A DNA stretch of 57,155 nucleotides, the filler included, from Nemertoderma westbladi (Eukaryota > Animalia > Xenacoelomorpha), in assembly GCA_032718475.1 (NCBI GenBank). It is 3 parts of 3 records of this genome, joined end to end, with 100 filler letters (N's around TTAATTAATTAA, not from the genome) between each part and the next. Parts side by side here need not be neighbours in the genome. Positions count along the whole stretch, not along the records: positions 42,264 to 57,155 come from JAUCBJ010006583.1; 2 more parts are not named here. One strand, written 5' to 3'. Shown here one piece after another: positions 46,906 through 57,155 of the stretch. How positions within the stretch are numbered: the stretch's first letter is position 1; each line of letters opens with the position of its first letter. Made by a program: the position numbers and the translations under genes. The notes below the pieces were generated by a model. It had not been told where the DNA came from. It ran no database searches and saw nothing but the letters and a program-made list of their open reading frames with translations.

Positions 46906-49900
46906 GGATCTAAGACCTATTTCCTCCGTATGTGTACTGTGAAAGGCATATTTTATGATTCTATGGCAATTCGTGACGCAAAGGGGTGATAGCTACTCTT
47001 GAACAGTAGTTACTATGACTACGGTTAACAGCTGACATTCATACATGTTGATTTCCTTTGTTCTACGGCGTCTCTCAGTTCAGTCAGCCAATTAGAGCGT
47101 TTTTGTGGCTCCTTGTACAGAAAATTTCCGAGAAATGACGCAATGCCTATGTGCAGTGTTTATATTCAGTCTTGAGCCAGAGAAAGAACGGCTTGGAAGT
47201 ATTTTGTGCTGTACTGCTTTTTAGTCTTACACTAGTAGGTTTAATTATAAAGGGCATATATCCTTTAACTTGAATATCTCACTGTAAATATCTCACTGCT
47301 GACATACCGGTACTGATGTACCGATCTACCTAACTGTTCAGTTGTTGTTTGATACTGCTATTTACTGTCAGTTCTTCATAATATGGTTGATGAATTATTA
47401 TATTTGGAATACCGATAAATAACCCCGCAACCCAATATTCTTGATATACCGAAGGTAAGAGAGAAAGGTTACCAATAACGATTGTGACTTATGTTAAAGT
47501 GGTTTGAAGTGAATCTAATGTTATTTGATAGACCCTACATGAGTCAGCCTGTGTTCCTTTTATATGTGACTAAAATCAGTGAAGATTGGCAGATTAGTGT
47601 GCAGTATTGTGCAGCATAGTGTATGAGTGAGTCTGTTAAAGAAGCAATTCCTAAAGAATGCGCCATATATGTGAATTATAATTAAGCCATATCGTTGTGA
47701 GTAGTTTAAGTCATAACTCTGTTTATATAGATAAAGCGCCACGTCCTAAAGGAACTGTTAATATTACCGAAGGTGAATAATATTGTCAGAGATTATATAA
47801 TACTGTCAGTCGAATAATACATTAGGCTTACATAGCAATAAAAATTAAACCGTCGAACCCAATCTCCCGGGAATATCCAGCGGGTGAATGGTCGCGCACG
47901 GATTGGTTTCGACTAGTGTAGTGAATCAAATACTTGTCATAGACTAAAAAGCGATTTATTATCTAGAAGACATTCTAATTTGGCGGGTTAAACTGCCAAA
48001 GGTCTGAAAGCGCGAACATTAAAGGATATAGCTTCTTTATTGCAGTAAGCAATAAAGTCGAAAGTATAGGTCGACCGGTAACCAGTAGGCCTGACTGCCT
48101 GATCATCCGGACCGGTACCTACTTCCGTATAAGTACAGCAGTATTATTCGATTTGATTATATATGCCGGTAGGTCTTAATAATTAATCGGGGACGCCTGG
48201 TTTTTATTGGGATTTTACTTAGGCCTATTTCTGTCAGTTTTATTTATTTGTAGGCCAGTATTGAACAGAAGGCGTGTAAACCCTATAAGCATTTGACGTC
48301 TATTTTTACACCTTAACAGGTATGTGGACGTCATTTTACGTCAATTATGTTTGTTGCAAGAACTCATCGTTTTGATGGTTGATGTAATTACGTAAAATTA
48401 CGTCTTGAACACGTCTTGTTGACACGTTCCTGTATGAGATTTATACATGGTGGATATAATTACCTAAAATGACGTGTTGAACACGTCTTGATGGCACGTA
48501 TCTGTGTGATACTTTTCATGGTGGAAATAATTACCTAAAATGACGTCTTGACGGCACGTATCTGTGTGATGCTTTTCATGGTGGAAATAATTACCTAAAA
48601 TTACGTCTTGAACACATGTCTTAATGACACATCTACTTACCACTTACAGACTTACCTACTGACTGACTACAGTACGAGTACAGTATATTTATATTAGTAG
48701 TACCGGCAGACCGGTGCGGTACTACAGTACTACATACTAGACTCAGGCTACTGCTGGAGCTGGAGTACAGCTGACAGGATTGTAATTTCACGTTTGAACC
48801 ACCTGGCTGCTGACCTGCCTGGCCTAACATATCCTGCAGTCCTGTTTGGCAGGTTGGTGGCCTCCTGGCTGCCTGGCCTCCAACCTGCAACCTCTGGACT
48901 CTTAAATAAGGCCCTAACCTTATGTAGTACAGTTGTGCAGTAGTAGGCCTACACCTACAGTACCGCAGTATCCCTATTGAAAAGTTTTACCTGTACGCCG
49001 ACAGCAGGCAGGCTGAACACGTTCGGAAGTTCGGCACAGCTTTTCAACTTGCAGACTCTAAACACCCAAATCACACAAAATTGACCAAATCTGCAAATCA
49101 CACCAACAGACGATGAGCTGGGCGATAGACACAGGGGGTTGAGAAGAAAAAAGGGTATTGATTACAGGCAACTCGATACTGGTAATGCTAGTGATGGAGA
49201 CGATTTGGAAAGTGACAATGTAAGTAAAATGAGTGAGTAACGTTGATGCTAATTAATACATGTTTATATTTTAGGGCTGTAGGGGTCAGCCATAAATGAC
49301 GTCCGAGGTCAGAGGGGGGCGAGGGGGTCTTCGAAATCCGGACATCTTCGGTCAGAAGTTGGATGGGGTTGGCTAAATTAGGATGTCCGATTTTCACTTT
49401 TCTTTATTTAGATTAATATAAATTTATCACTACTGTAATAAACGGGTTACCTAATTGGTTGAGGGCAGACCTTCTTCATTATTTTTCACAATATTTTGAG
49501 TTTATAGGTAGAATACAGTCCATATGTCTAACACAATTGTTCTTTACGTTCATCTAATAATGTACCGTCATCATAATGTTCCCACTTCCCACACTATTTT
49601 TTTTACAGTGCCAATCCTCATTTTATCAATCCTCACTTCCCACACTATACTGTAGTATTCACACATTTTTCGTTCGTATATTTGCTATTTAGGACATCTT
49701 AGTGTCGGGCATCAAGCCTTCTTCAAAATTCCATTCGATACAGCGGCCACATCCTACCCCATCACCGCTCGACGTTGGTTATTTTAGAAATTGCGACAAT
49801 ATTTCTGTAAGTCATTATTTTCAAAATGTCACCGAGACTGTCTGATGTGTGTGTCTGTATATATACAATAATATTTACTTAATAAAATTACTTTACTTAA

Positions 49901-50577
49901 AATGACTCATGCAATATCAGGTCTCCGTCAAATAAGGGGACAACTGACAAAGCAGTGCAAATTATATTTATACAAAACACTAGTATTACCACACCATAAC
50001 TATTGCTGCGAAATTTTAATATCACTCCATAATATTCATGGTTTCAAAGAACAACTATATTCTCTAGAAAAAATACAAGTGGGTAGTACACATAGCAAAA
50101 AAATACGAGACTTAACAGTCGAACAGAGTTACGGTCACAATCAAAGTTGCCTACACTACTAAAGGCTCTATTATAAAATTTATTTATTTATTAAATTATC
50201 TTTAGGGGCGTAGTAACTGGGTAATGTAGGGTCTGGTGCTTCAAAAGTACTGTGGTTGCCGACGCTTAATTAATCTCAGCCAATCATAAGCTACGGTTGG
50301 CCATTCCCTCCAGGCTTCCACGATTGTTTTCTCAATTGTTGAGTTTTGAGATTAAAAGATAGAATAATAATAATAATAATACTTATATATATATATATTG
50401 AATTGCCCGTGGGAAAATTTAGACAGTATAAAAATAGATTCAGTTTCGGTTCAGTACCGAACCTATACTTATTTTTTCAATTGGAATCAAATGGATCTGG
50501 TTCGATTCCTCGATTCCGTACCTCTCATCAGTTATTAGTTTGTATAAAAATCACCTTTTTGTTTATTTTTGTTTTAG

Positions 50578-51852
50578 GAAGATCGTATACTAGAGGCAGT
50601 ACAGGTTCTAGATGCTTGGGATAGGGATAATATGCAGATGCAGACAATTAACCAGGAACAGTTGAGGACATTAACTACTGATCCCGGATTCCAGTTATCG
50701 GTTAATCCAGGGACTGTCGGGACGCTTAATCCTGGTTGTAACTCGGGGTCGCTTACTCCAGGAACTGTCGGCGCGCTTAATCCTGGTTGTAACTCGGGGT
50801 CGCTTACTCAAGGAACTGTCGGGGCGCTTAATCCTGGTTGTAACTCGGGGTCGCTTACTCAAGGAACTGTCGGGGCGCTTAGTCCTGGTTGTAACTCGGG
50901 GTCGCTTACTCAAGTAACTCTCGGGGCGCTTAATCCTGGTTGTAACTCGGGGTCGCTTACTCAAGGAACTGTCGGGGCGCTTAATCCTGGTTGTAACTCG
51001 GGGTCGCTTACTCAAGGAACTGTCGGGGCGCTTAGTCCTGGTTGTAACTCGGGGTCGCTTACTCAAGTAACTGTCGGGGCGCTTAATCCTGGTTGTAACT
51101 CGGGGTCGCTTACTCAAGGAACTGTCGGGGCGCTTAATCCTGGTTGTAACTCGGGGTCGCTTACTCAAGGAACTGTCGGGGCGCTTAATCCTGGTTGTAA
51201 CTCGGGGTCGCTTACACCAGGAACTATCGGTCCGCTTAATCCCGGTTGTAACTCGGGGTCTCTTACTCCTCCAGGAACTGGAGATGTGAATGAGGGCGCA
51301 CGTACGGAGGCCCGTCGAAAGCCGTATGAAATATTAATGGATAAACTAAATACCATAATTGAGACACAGAAGTTTCACAGTAAACTGTTTAGTAACATCA
51401 TAAATCCGGCAGCAGTCATGCCCCCTGATAATAATATTAATGAATATATACATCTACCAGTTGCCACTGTTGCTGAACTCGAGGATTTGAACAAGGTACT
51501 CATCAATGATTCTTCTTATAAAGCCACGATGAATCGACTGAAACTAGTTGGTGGCTCAACTTTGACTGGTTCCGCTACTGCTATTCTAAAGGCCACAATC
51601 ACTGAAGAACTCGCTTCAAAACTTAGCTGGTGCGGATTTGATCGAAAAAACAATGCAGGTGTTCAGAAAACTGCAATTAAAGAAACTTTATTTGTTCAAC
51701 TGGTAACTGAATCTGTTTTGTCATCTCCTCTGTTTCAGGAGGAACGTTGTATCGGTGTGAAAATCGTTCACAATCGCATCAAAGAGTGGCTTAAACATGC
51801 CCCAGCACGATTCAAACGTAAATGCATTGCTGTTGATGTTGAATGTGACTAA
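50578..51852 (+). CDS. DUF4806-like protein (transposon accessory ORF) with an 11 x 17-aa internal repeat; probable terminal exon
   Basis: Acceptor ttttgttttag|GAAGAT is in frame with the ORF from 50632. C-terminus LKLVGG...ITEELASKLSWCG..K...IKEWLKHAPAR is typical of DUF4806. Candidate upstream exon 49110-49219 ends in phase 0 with gtaagt. Confidence 0.7.
   Translation, partial: EDRILEAVQVLDAWDRDNMQMQTINQEQLRTLTTDPGFQLSVNPGTVGTLNPGCNSGSLTPGTVGALNPGCNSGSLTQGTVGALNPGCNSGSLTQGTVGALSPGCNSGSLTQVTLGALNPGCNSGSLTQGTVGALNPGCNSGSLTQGTVGALSPGCNSGSLTQVTVGALNPGCNSGSLTQGTVGALNPGCNSGSLTQGTVGALNPGCNSGSLTPGTIGPLNPGCNSGSLTPPGTGDVNEGARTEARRKPYEILMDKLNTIIETQKFHSKLFSNIINPAAVMPPDNNINEYIHLPVATVAELEDLNKVLINDSSYKATMNRLKLVGGSTLTGSATAILKATITEELASKLSWCGFDRKNNAGVQKTAIKETLFVQLVTESVLSSPLFQEERCIGVKIVHNRIKEWLKHAPARFKRKCIAVDVECD
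50710..51270 (+). repeat. 51-bp coding tandem repeat, 11 copies (GTVGALNPGCNSGSLTQ)
   Basis: Direct reading; frame-preserving. Confidence 0.95.
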
Positions 51853-51853
51853 A

Positions 51854-52848
51854 GTGGGTATGAAGGTAATGAGGTGGGTGTGAGTGGGTATGAAGGTAAT
51901 GAGGTGGGTGTGAGTGGGTGGGTAGGAGTAATATGGTGGGTGTGAGTGGGTAGGAAGGTAATATGGTGGGTGTGAGTGGGTAGGAAGGTAATATGGTGGG
52001 TGTGAGTGGGTGGGTAGGAAGGTAATATGGTGGGTGTGAGTGGGTAGGAAGGTAATATGGTAGGTGTGAGTGGGTAGGAAGGTAATATGGTGGGTGTGAG
52101 TGGGTAGGAAGGTAATATGGTGGGTGTGAGTGGGTAGGAAGGTAATATGGTGGGTGTGAGTGGTTAGGAAGGTAATATGGTGGGTGTGAGTGGGTAGGAG
52201 GGTAATATGGAGGGTGTGAGTGGGTAGGAAGGTAATATGGTGGGTGTGAGTGGGTAGGAAGGTAATGAGGTGGGTGTGAGTGGGTGGGTAGGAAGGTAAT
52301 GTGGTGGGTGTGAGTGGGTAGGAGGGTAATATGGTGGGTGTGAGTGGGTAGGAAGGTAATGAGGTGGGTGTGAGTGGGAATGAAGGTAATATGGTGGGTG
52401 TGAGTGGGTAGGAGGGTAATATGGTGGGTGTGAGTGGGTAGGAAGGTAATATGGTGGGTGTGAGTGGGTAGGAAGGTAATGAGGTGGGTGTGAGTGGGTG
52501 GGTAGGAAGGTAATATGGTGGGTGTGAGTGGGTAGGAAGGTAATATGGTGGGTGTGAGTGGGAAGGAAGGTAATATGGTGGGTGTGAGTGGGTAGGAAGG
52601 TAATATGGTGGGTGTGAGTGGGTGGGTAGGAAGGTAATATGGTGGGTGTGAGTGGGTAGGAAGGTAATATGGTGGGTGTGAGTGGGTATGAGGGTATTAT
52701 GGTGGGTGTGAGTGGGTAGGAAGGTAATTAGGTGGGTGTGAGTGGGTTGGTAGGAAGGTAATATGGTGGGTGTGAGTGGGTAGGAGGGTAATATGGTGGG
52801 TGTGAGTGGGTAGGAAGGTAATATGGTGGGTGTGAGTGGGTAGGAAGT
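51854..52848 (+). repeat. 30-bp G-rich tandem array, about 33 copies
   Basis: Unit gagtgggtaggaaggtaatatggtgggtgt, starting right after the stop codon. Confidence 0.96.
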
Positions 52849-53808
52849 AACTCATGTCATATTGTAATGTCATATACTATTTTACACAACTATTGCTCCC
52901 ATTAATGCTCATTCATTATAAATATTCAAATATTTTAAAAATTACATTTTTTGACATTTATGTGGTCATTTTCAGTTTATCTACCCAAAAAAAAAGTATT
53001 TTAGTACTTTATATAAGTAAAAATAATCCGAGCAGGAAAGGGATAAGATAAATACAGTTTTATATTTTTACTGAATTTTTTACTGTATTTTTACTTGATT
53101 CTCTTGATTTTACATTTCCTCTCCATCTTGTAATTTTTATATTCATTTCCAAATCAAACTTGTGCTAAATATATCAGTGCTATTTTAATTTGTGTTTATT
53201 AGTTGATAATTAACAATTTATTCGGATATTAAATTTATCGTACATTGGTCACATTATATAATAATGTTTTTCTTTATTATAGTATCAACAAACACCGTCA
53301 AGAAAGTAAAATCAATTTCAATCATAACTGTCACGGATCTAAGCGATGTAAAAAGCGACGCGTACGTGCTTGTGTGGTGTAGTTATTTGGCGTCTGTTAT
53401 TGGTACGTGTCTAGCACGTCATTTGACGTGCTTGTGTGGTGTAGTTATTTGGCGTCTGTTATTGGTACGTGTCTAGCACGTCGTTTGACGTGCTTGTGTG
53501 GTGTTCCAGTGTAGTATTTGACGTCTGATGACGTAATTGACACGTGTCTAGCAAGTCATTTGACGTAAACTGTAGCACGTCATGGTTTGTCGTGCTAAAA
53601 CACGTGTTTGACACTTCCAAAATACACGTAGCCAGGACGTCATTTTCAACACGTTGACGTCAAATAATTACGTCGTATCCACGTGTTTTAGACGTGTTGA
53701 TGCTTATAGGGAACCTGATCAGATTGTACAGACAATTTGTAGGCTGAGCTGTTGTCTGATTGCTGTTAAGTCCGAACGAATTGCAGTGTGTGTAGAGCAC
53801 TTGTCCGA

Positions 53809-56025
53809 TTAAGGAACGATTTTAGCGCGTTGACAATGTTCGCATTCCCGTACCCACTGCTGAATGTCCCTCTTTGCCTTGGGCCAAAAGTAGCGAGATA
53901 ATATTAGGCGTTGTGTCGCTGTCCGACCTGGGTGAGCTACATTGTGAGCTTGTTGAAAAATTGAAAATCTGAGATTTTCTGTAATATAGGGTCGAGGATA
54001 AGAAGAATTTGTGTCACATGCGATTGTAAGAGAACCAAAGGGAAGTTTTGTGAGGGTTGAAGGAAGTTCTACTCCCTCTTGGGATTGTTGTATAGCCGGT
54101 AAGTCGCAAACGGCAGTAGAAATACTGGCAATAAGCGGTGTCGGGCCTTCCATTTCTGGTAATATCTGATCTGCCATTGGTTGGTTGGATGAGTCGGGTG
54201 GTCGGGATAATAAATCGGCTACAATATTTTCACGGCCAGGAATATAGCGAACTTCATCCACATATTCCGCTATTGTGGCAAATCGATGATTTTGCCAATG
54301 AGAATTGGCGTTAGTTCTTTTATGGATCGCAGAAACCAACGGTTTATGGTCTGTAAGTGCAATGGTTTGCAGCGATTCTATATATGGCCTGAAATGCAAC
54401 ACAGCACTGGAGAGGGCGAGGAGTTCACGCTCAAATGCTGATCGTTGTGAATCCGTTGTACTTAAACGCTTGGAAAAGAATGACAAGGGTTGGTCATTGA
54501 CTGATAAAACGCCTCCTATTGCCAAATCGGAAGCATCTGTAGTTAATATGAATTCCTTGGCATCTGGTGGTGGATGTGTAAGAATGACTCGTTGTTGTAA
54601 TACTTCGAGGATTCTTGTGTATGAGTCTTGGTGATGTTGGAGCCAGTTAAACTGAGGACTGACTCCTTTGCAGGGTTGAGTGTCGTTTAATAGTTCTTGG
54701 AGTGGAATTAAAATCTCTGCAGCACGAGGTAGGAAACGGCGATAAAAGTTTATGGCCCCTAGTCGGCTTCTAAGTTCCTTGTAAGAAGTGGGGATGGACA
54801 GTGCGCAAATTTCACTCACTTTAGATGTCGAGGGCGATATTCCATCTGAACTAATGTTAAATCCGAGAAAATCGAGATCCGGAACGGCGAATACGCATTT
54901 GTTGGGATTTACGTGTAAACTGTAACAATCTAGACGCTGAAATAATTGAATAAGATCGGCTTTGTGAGTTTCCATATCAGGAGAACCGCAGATAACGTCG
55001 TCGTAAAATGGGAAGGTTCTCTCTCCTAGTCCATGAAGAGCCTTGTGGACATGGCGGTTGAAGTGGGGTCCAGCGTTTTTCATCCCGAAGGGCATACGGA
55101 TAAACTCAAAGAGTCCAAATGGAGTTGTTATTGCCGTTTTAGGGATATCACTATCCTTAACGGGGATAACATGGTACGCTTTGACTAAATCTATCTTGGA
55201 AAAGACGGTACATCCGTGTAAGAATGCGTTGGCGTCACGAGGGTCCGGTGTCGGATAACTATCTTTCTTTGTTACAGAGTTTAGACGGCGGTAATCACCA
55301 CAGGGTCGGTACGTCCGATCTTTCTTTGTTACCATGTGTAATGGTGATGACCATTCAGAGGCCGATGGACGAATAATTCCAAGCTTTAACAGTTCGTTAA
55401 AATAGTTCTTGGCAGTTGCTAACTTATCTGGCGCTAAACGTCGAGGTTTACTTTGTATCGGTGGGCCTTCTGTTTCAATAGAAAATTCTATCGTTGATTG
55501 GGGAGTTTCAGTATAATCTGGTAACTTGAATAGATGTTGGAAGGGCTCCATAGAAACAAGAATCGATGTAGGGAGTTCTGGAAGGGACGACTTTACCAAA
55601 GGAGTTGGGGGTGCTCGTTGCAGTTGCAGGGAAGCAACCAATCCTGTGATGCTGTCTTGGAGTACAGACAAATTACAATTGACTAACAGTTTATTCTTTG
55701 CCAAAAAATCGGCACCAAGTATCGCCTGGGTAACGTCAGCAATTATAAACTGGTGAAAGTATTCCCGTCGTAGACGTTTCAGTTTAATAACCATATTCGC
55801 TCGGCCATATGTCTGAATTGGATGGCCATCTGCAGCACATAATTCATCTGTAGAGAGTTCAATAATATGTGAGTCGGCGAGTTGTGGGGGCAGAACACTG
55901 TAACAAGCTCCGGTATCGATCAGGAAACGGGTGAGTTTGTTACCAACTTTGGCCTCCACAGTGGGCGATTTGTGAAACGCCCCCGGTGCTGAAATCGCTG
56001 CAACAGAGGGGGAGTCTAGTTTCCC
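53809..56025 (-). CDS. pol: Pol (protease, RT, RNase H, integrase zinc finger only), entered by -1 frameshift
   Basis: LIDTGA; YRPCGDYRRLN, KIDLVKAY, FYDD; TDAS, ERELLA, TDHKPL, NIVADLLSR; H..H..CEHC, then a stop supplied by the adjacent repeat. Confidence 0.92.
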   Translation of the reverse strand, partial: GKLDSPSVAAISAPGAFHKSPTVEAKVGNKLTRFLIDTGACYSVLPPQLADSHIIELSTDELCAADGHPIQTYGRANMVIKLKRLRREYFHQFIIADVTQAILGADFLAKNKLLVNCNLSVLQDSITGLVASLQLQRAPPTPLVKSSLPELPTSILVSMEPFQHLFKLPDYTETPQSTIEFSIETEGPPIQSKPRRLAPDKLATAKNYFNELLKLGIIRPSASEWSSPLHMVTKKDRTYRPCGDYRRLNSVTKKDSYPTPDPRDANAFLHGCTVFSKIDLVKAYHVIPVKDSDIPKTAITTPFGLFEFIRMPFGMKNAGPHFNRHVHKALHGLGERTFPFYDDVICGSPDMETHKADLIQLFQRLDCYSLHVNPNKCVFAVPDLDFLGFNISSDGISPSTSKVSEICALSIPTSYKELRSRLGAINFYRRFLPRAAEILIPLQELLNDTQPCKGVSPQFNWLQHHQDSYTRILEVLQQRVILTHPPPDAKEFILTTDASDLAIGGVLSVNDQPLSFFSKRLSTTDSQRSAFERELLALSSAVLHFRPYIESLQTIALTDHKPLVSAIHKRTNANSHWQNHRFATIAEYVDEVRYIPGRENIVADLLSRPPDSSNQPMADQILPEMEGPTPLIASISTAVCDLPAIQQSQEGVELPSTLTKLPFGSLTIACDTNSSYPRPYITENLRFSIFQQAHNVAHPGRTATQRLILSRYFWPKAKRDIQQWVRECEHCQRAKIVP
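55965..56025 (-). promoter_or_regulatory. -1 ribosomal frameshift signal (slippery G GGA AAC plus predicted pseudoknot)
   Basis: GGGAAAC immediately precedes the gag TAG, and the -1 frame reads open into protease. CCCC/GGGG stem, with loop GCGATTT complementary to downstream AAATCGC. Confidence 0.85.
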
Positions 56026-56879
56026 TGATCCGGCGAGTTGTCCCTTGAGTTCTCACGAGAAACGTCACGAGAAAAGATGCGTGGTCGATGGCTGTCACTC
56101 TTGGGAAACTGACACCAAGTTGTACAGTTTTTAGCTGCTCTGCCGAAGAATATATGAGAACGGCAGATTTTTGGACGCTGGTTGCGGGAGAATGGAGTAA
56201 TGGTACGTTGGTAGCTACGATTTGGGTAAGATGATGAACCGGCTGAGTCGTCCGAATATCGATTGGATCGGTACCGCGGCGGGGACTTGTGATCCGGCGA
56301 GCGGCCCCTGTAATATGAATCGGGTGAACCAGGACGATCACGGGAATATGAATTGGTTGAACGAGGATTATCACGTGAATATGAACCAACAGAATAAATC
56401 GGCATCTTGTTGACCGTGGCAGCGATGACGGTATCCGCAATCTTCAGGAATTCCTCCAGTGGATTCTTCGCTTGGGTGGCGAGAGCTGACTTCGCTGCCT
56501 CTGTGGGCATTGCTTCTATTACTCGAGCGATCAGTTCTTGTTCGCTACGCTGCGGCATGTCCGCGGCGTTTGCCAGAAGTTTCAGGCGGTGAACTGCCTG
56601 TGAAGGACGCTCTCCTTCGTGTAGAGAGAATGTTGCGATAGCCCGGCGAATAAGATCGTACTGCGATTCACCCAACGTGTTTTTAAGCATATCTTTTGCC
56701 TCGTCATACGTTTTAACGTCGGCAGTGGCAATAAGAGCGGCTTGTTCGGTAGGAAGGAGCGTCAGTAGAAGATTAACCTGGTCTTCTGCCTTGGTTTTCT
56801 CCAGAACGAAATAAGCCTCTAGTTGGCGGAACCATATACTTGGGTGTTGGAGTGAAAAAGGTGGAAGACGGCTTGCCAT
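56016..56879 (-). CDS. gag: Gag (287 aa)
   Basis: N-terminus LPPFSLQHPSIWFRQLEAYF and CHCC knuckle CRSHIFFGRAAKNCTTWC. Confidence 0.9.
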   Translation of the reverse strand: MASRLPPFSLQHPSIWFRQLEAYFVLEKTKAEDQVNLLLTLLPTEQAALIATADVKTYDEAKDMLKNTLGESQYDLIRRAIATFSLHEGERPSQAVHRLKLLANAADMPQRSEQELIARVIEAMPTEAAKSALATQAKNPLEEFLKIADTVIAATVNKMPIYSVGSYSRDNPRSTNSYSRDRPGSPDSYYRGRSPDHKSPPRYRSNRYSDDSAGSSSYPNRSYQRTITPFSRNQRPKICRSHIFFGRAAKNCTTWCQFPKSDSHRPRIFSRDVSRENSRDNSPDQGN

Positions 56880-57155
56880 AATATCCAGATAGTGTAAAGA
56901 GTATTATTATAGTTCAGAATAAACTTACAGTTCAACAGTTTTTATTTATTTATCGAGTCAGGTCACCAATGTAATGGTGCGTGCAGTCAGGGTACAGCAG
57001 TACCGGTGTCCGGTAGTACTGATGGTAGTACCGGTTATAAAGAGATGACTGCTTTCACTCACTACTACTGACTGACGTCAGTACCGGTATGTATATTGTA
57101 TATCCTTATATCGGTACTCTTTCCTACACGTAGGCCACCACACACCTACACGTAG

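Larger units (their letters stand above)
48281..53711 (+). mobile_element. Non-autonomous CMC/EnSpm(CACTA)-type DNA transposon, 5431 bp
   Basis: Perfect 12-bp TIR CCCTATAAGCAT / ATGCTTATAGGG with a 2-bp TSD AA. The empty site is visible in the segment-2 copy (about 30550-30570). ACGT-rich subterminal repeats at both ends. No transposase. Confidence 0.85.
46905..53813 (+). mobile_element. Second element of the family: 5' LTR lacking its first ~115 bp (46905-48018) plus leader (48019-48280, 53712-53813), split by a DNA transposon
   Basis: Reverse-complement match to about 30458-31984. The identical 60-aa spurious ORF appears at 31137(+) and 47742(-). Confidence 0.8.
53809..57155 (-). mobile_element. 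Ty3/Gypsy LTR retrotransposon, CsRn1 clade, 3'-truncated within integrase
   Basis: The LTR ends ...ATTACA at 56970, followed by PBS TGGTGACC (tRNA-Trp-like). Gag has a Cx2Hx9Cx3C motif. Order is PR-RT-RH-IN. Confidence 0.92.

Noticed and set aside
50695-51168. Arg/Lys-rich minus-strand repeat ORF
   Set aside because: Antisense shadow of the 51-bp coding repeat.

Overview
Invertebrate animal genomic DNA in three segments joined by artificial 100-bp spacers (44 N + TTAATTAATTAA + 44 N, at 29149-29248 and 42164-42263). Segment 1 (1-29148) holds the 3' two-thirds of an agrin gene on the + strand. It has about 16 exons: follistatin/Kazal, a lustrin-type Cys domain, 2 laminin-EGF, then EGF/LamG x3. 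About half of the gene span is intronic tandem arrays, several built from the gene's own splice junctions (repeated acceptor + exon start, or exon end + duplicated donor). A 27-nt microexon candidate sits at the position of the vertebrate agrin y/A insert. Segment 2 is a nest: a multi-ubiquitin-domain gene is cut by a Crack/L2-type LINE, which is in turn cut by an LTR element and a 251-bp insert. It also has an RCC1-like exon and a tRNA-Leu-primed 5' LTR. Segment 3 holds the 3' part of a BEL/Pao-type element with an accessory triple-CCHC ORF, a second LTR of the same family, a CMC/EnSpm-type element carrying a DUF4806 gene, and a truncated CsRn1-clade Gypsy element with a -1 frameshift signal. 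The two most striking signals are the splice-site-derived satellites and an LTR family with no tRNA PBS, whose post-LTR 12-mer is exactly complementary to a 12-mer inside its own LTR (candidate self-priming). All family assignments come from motifs read by eye; no database search was run.
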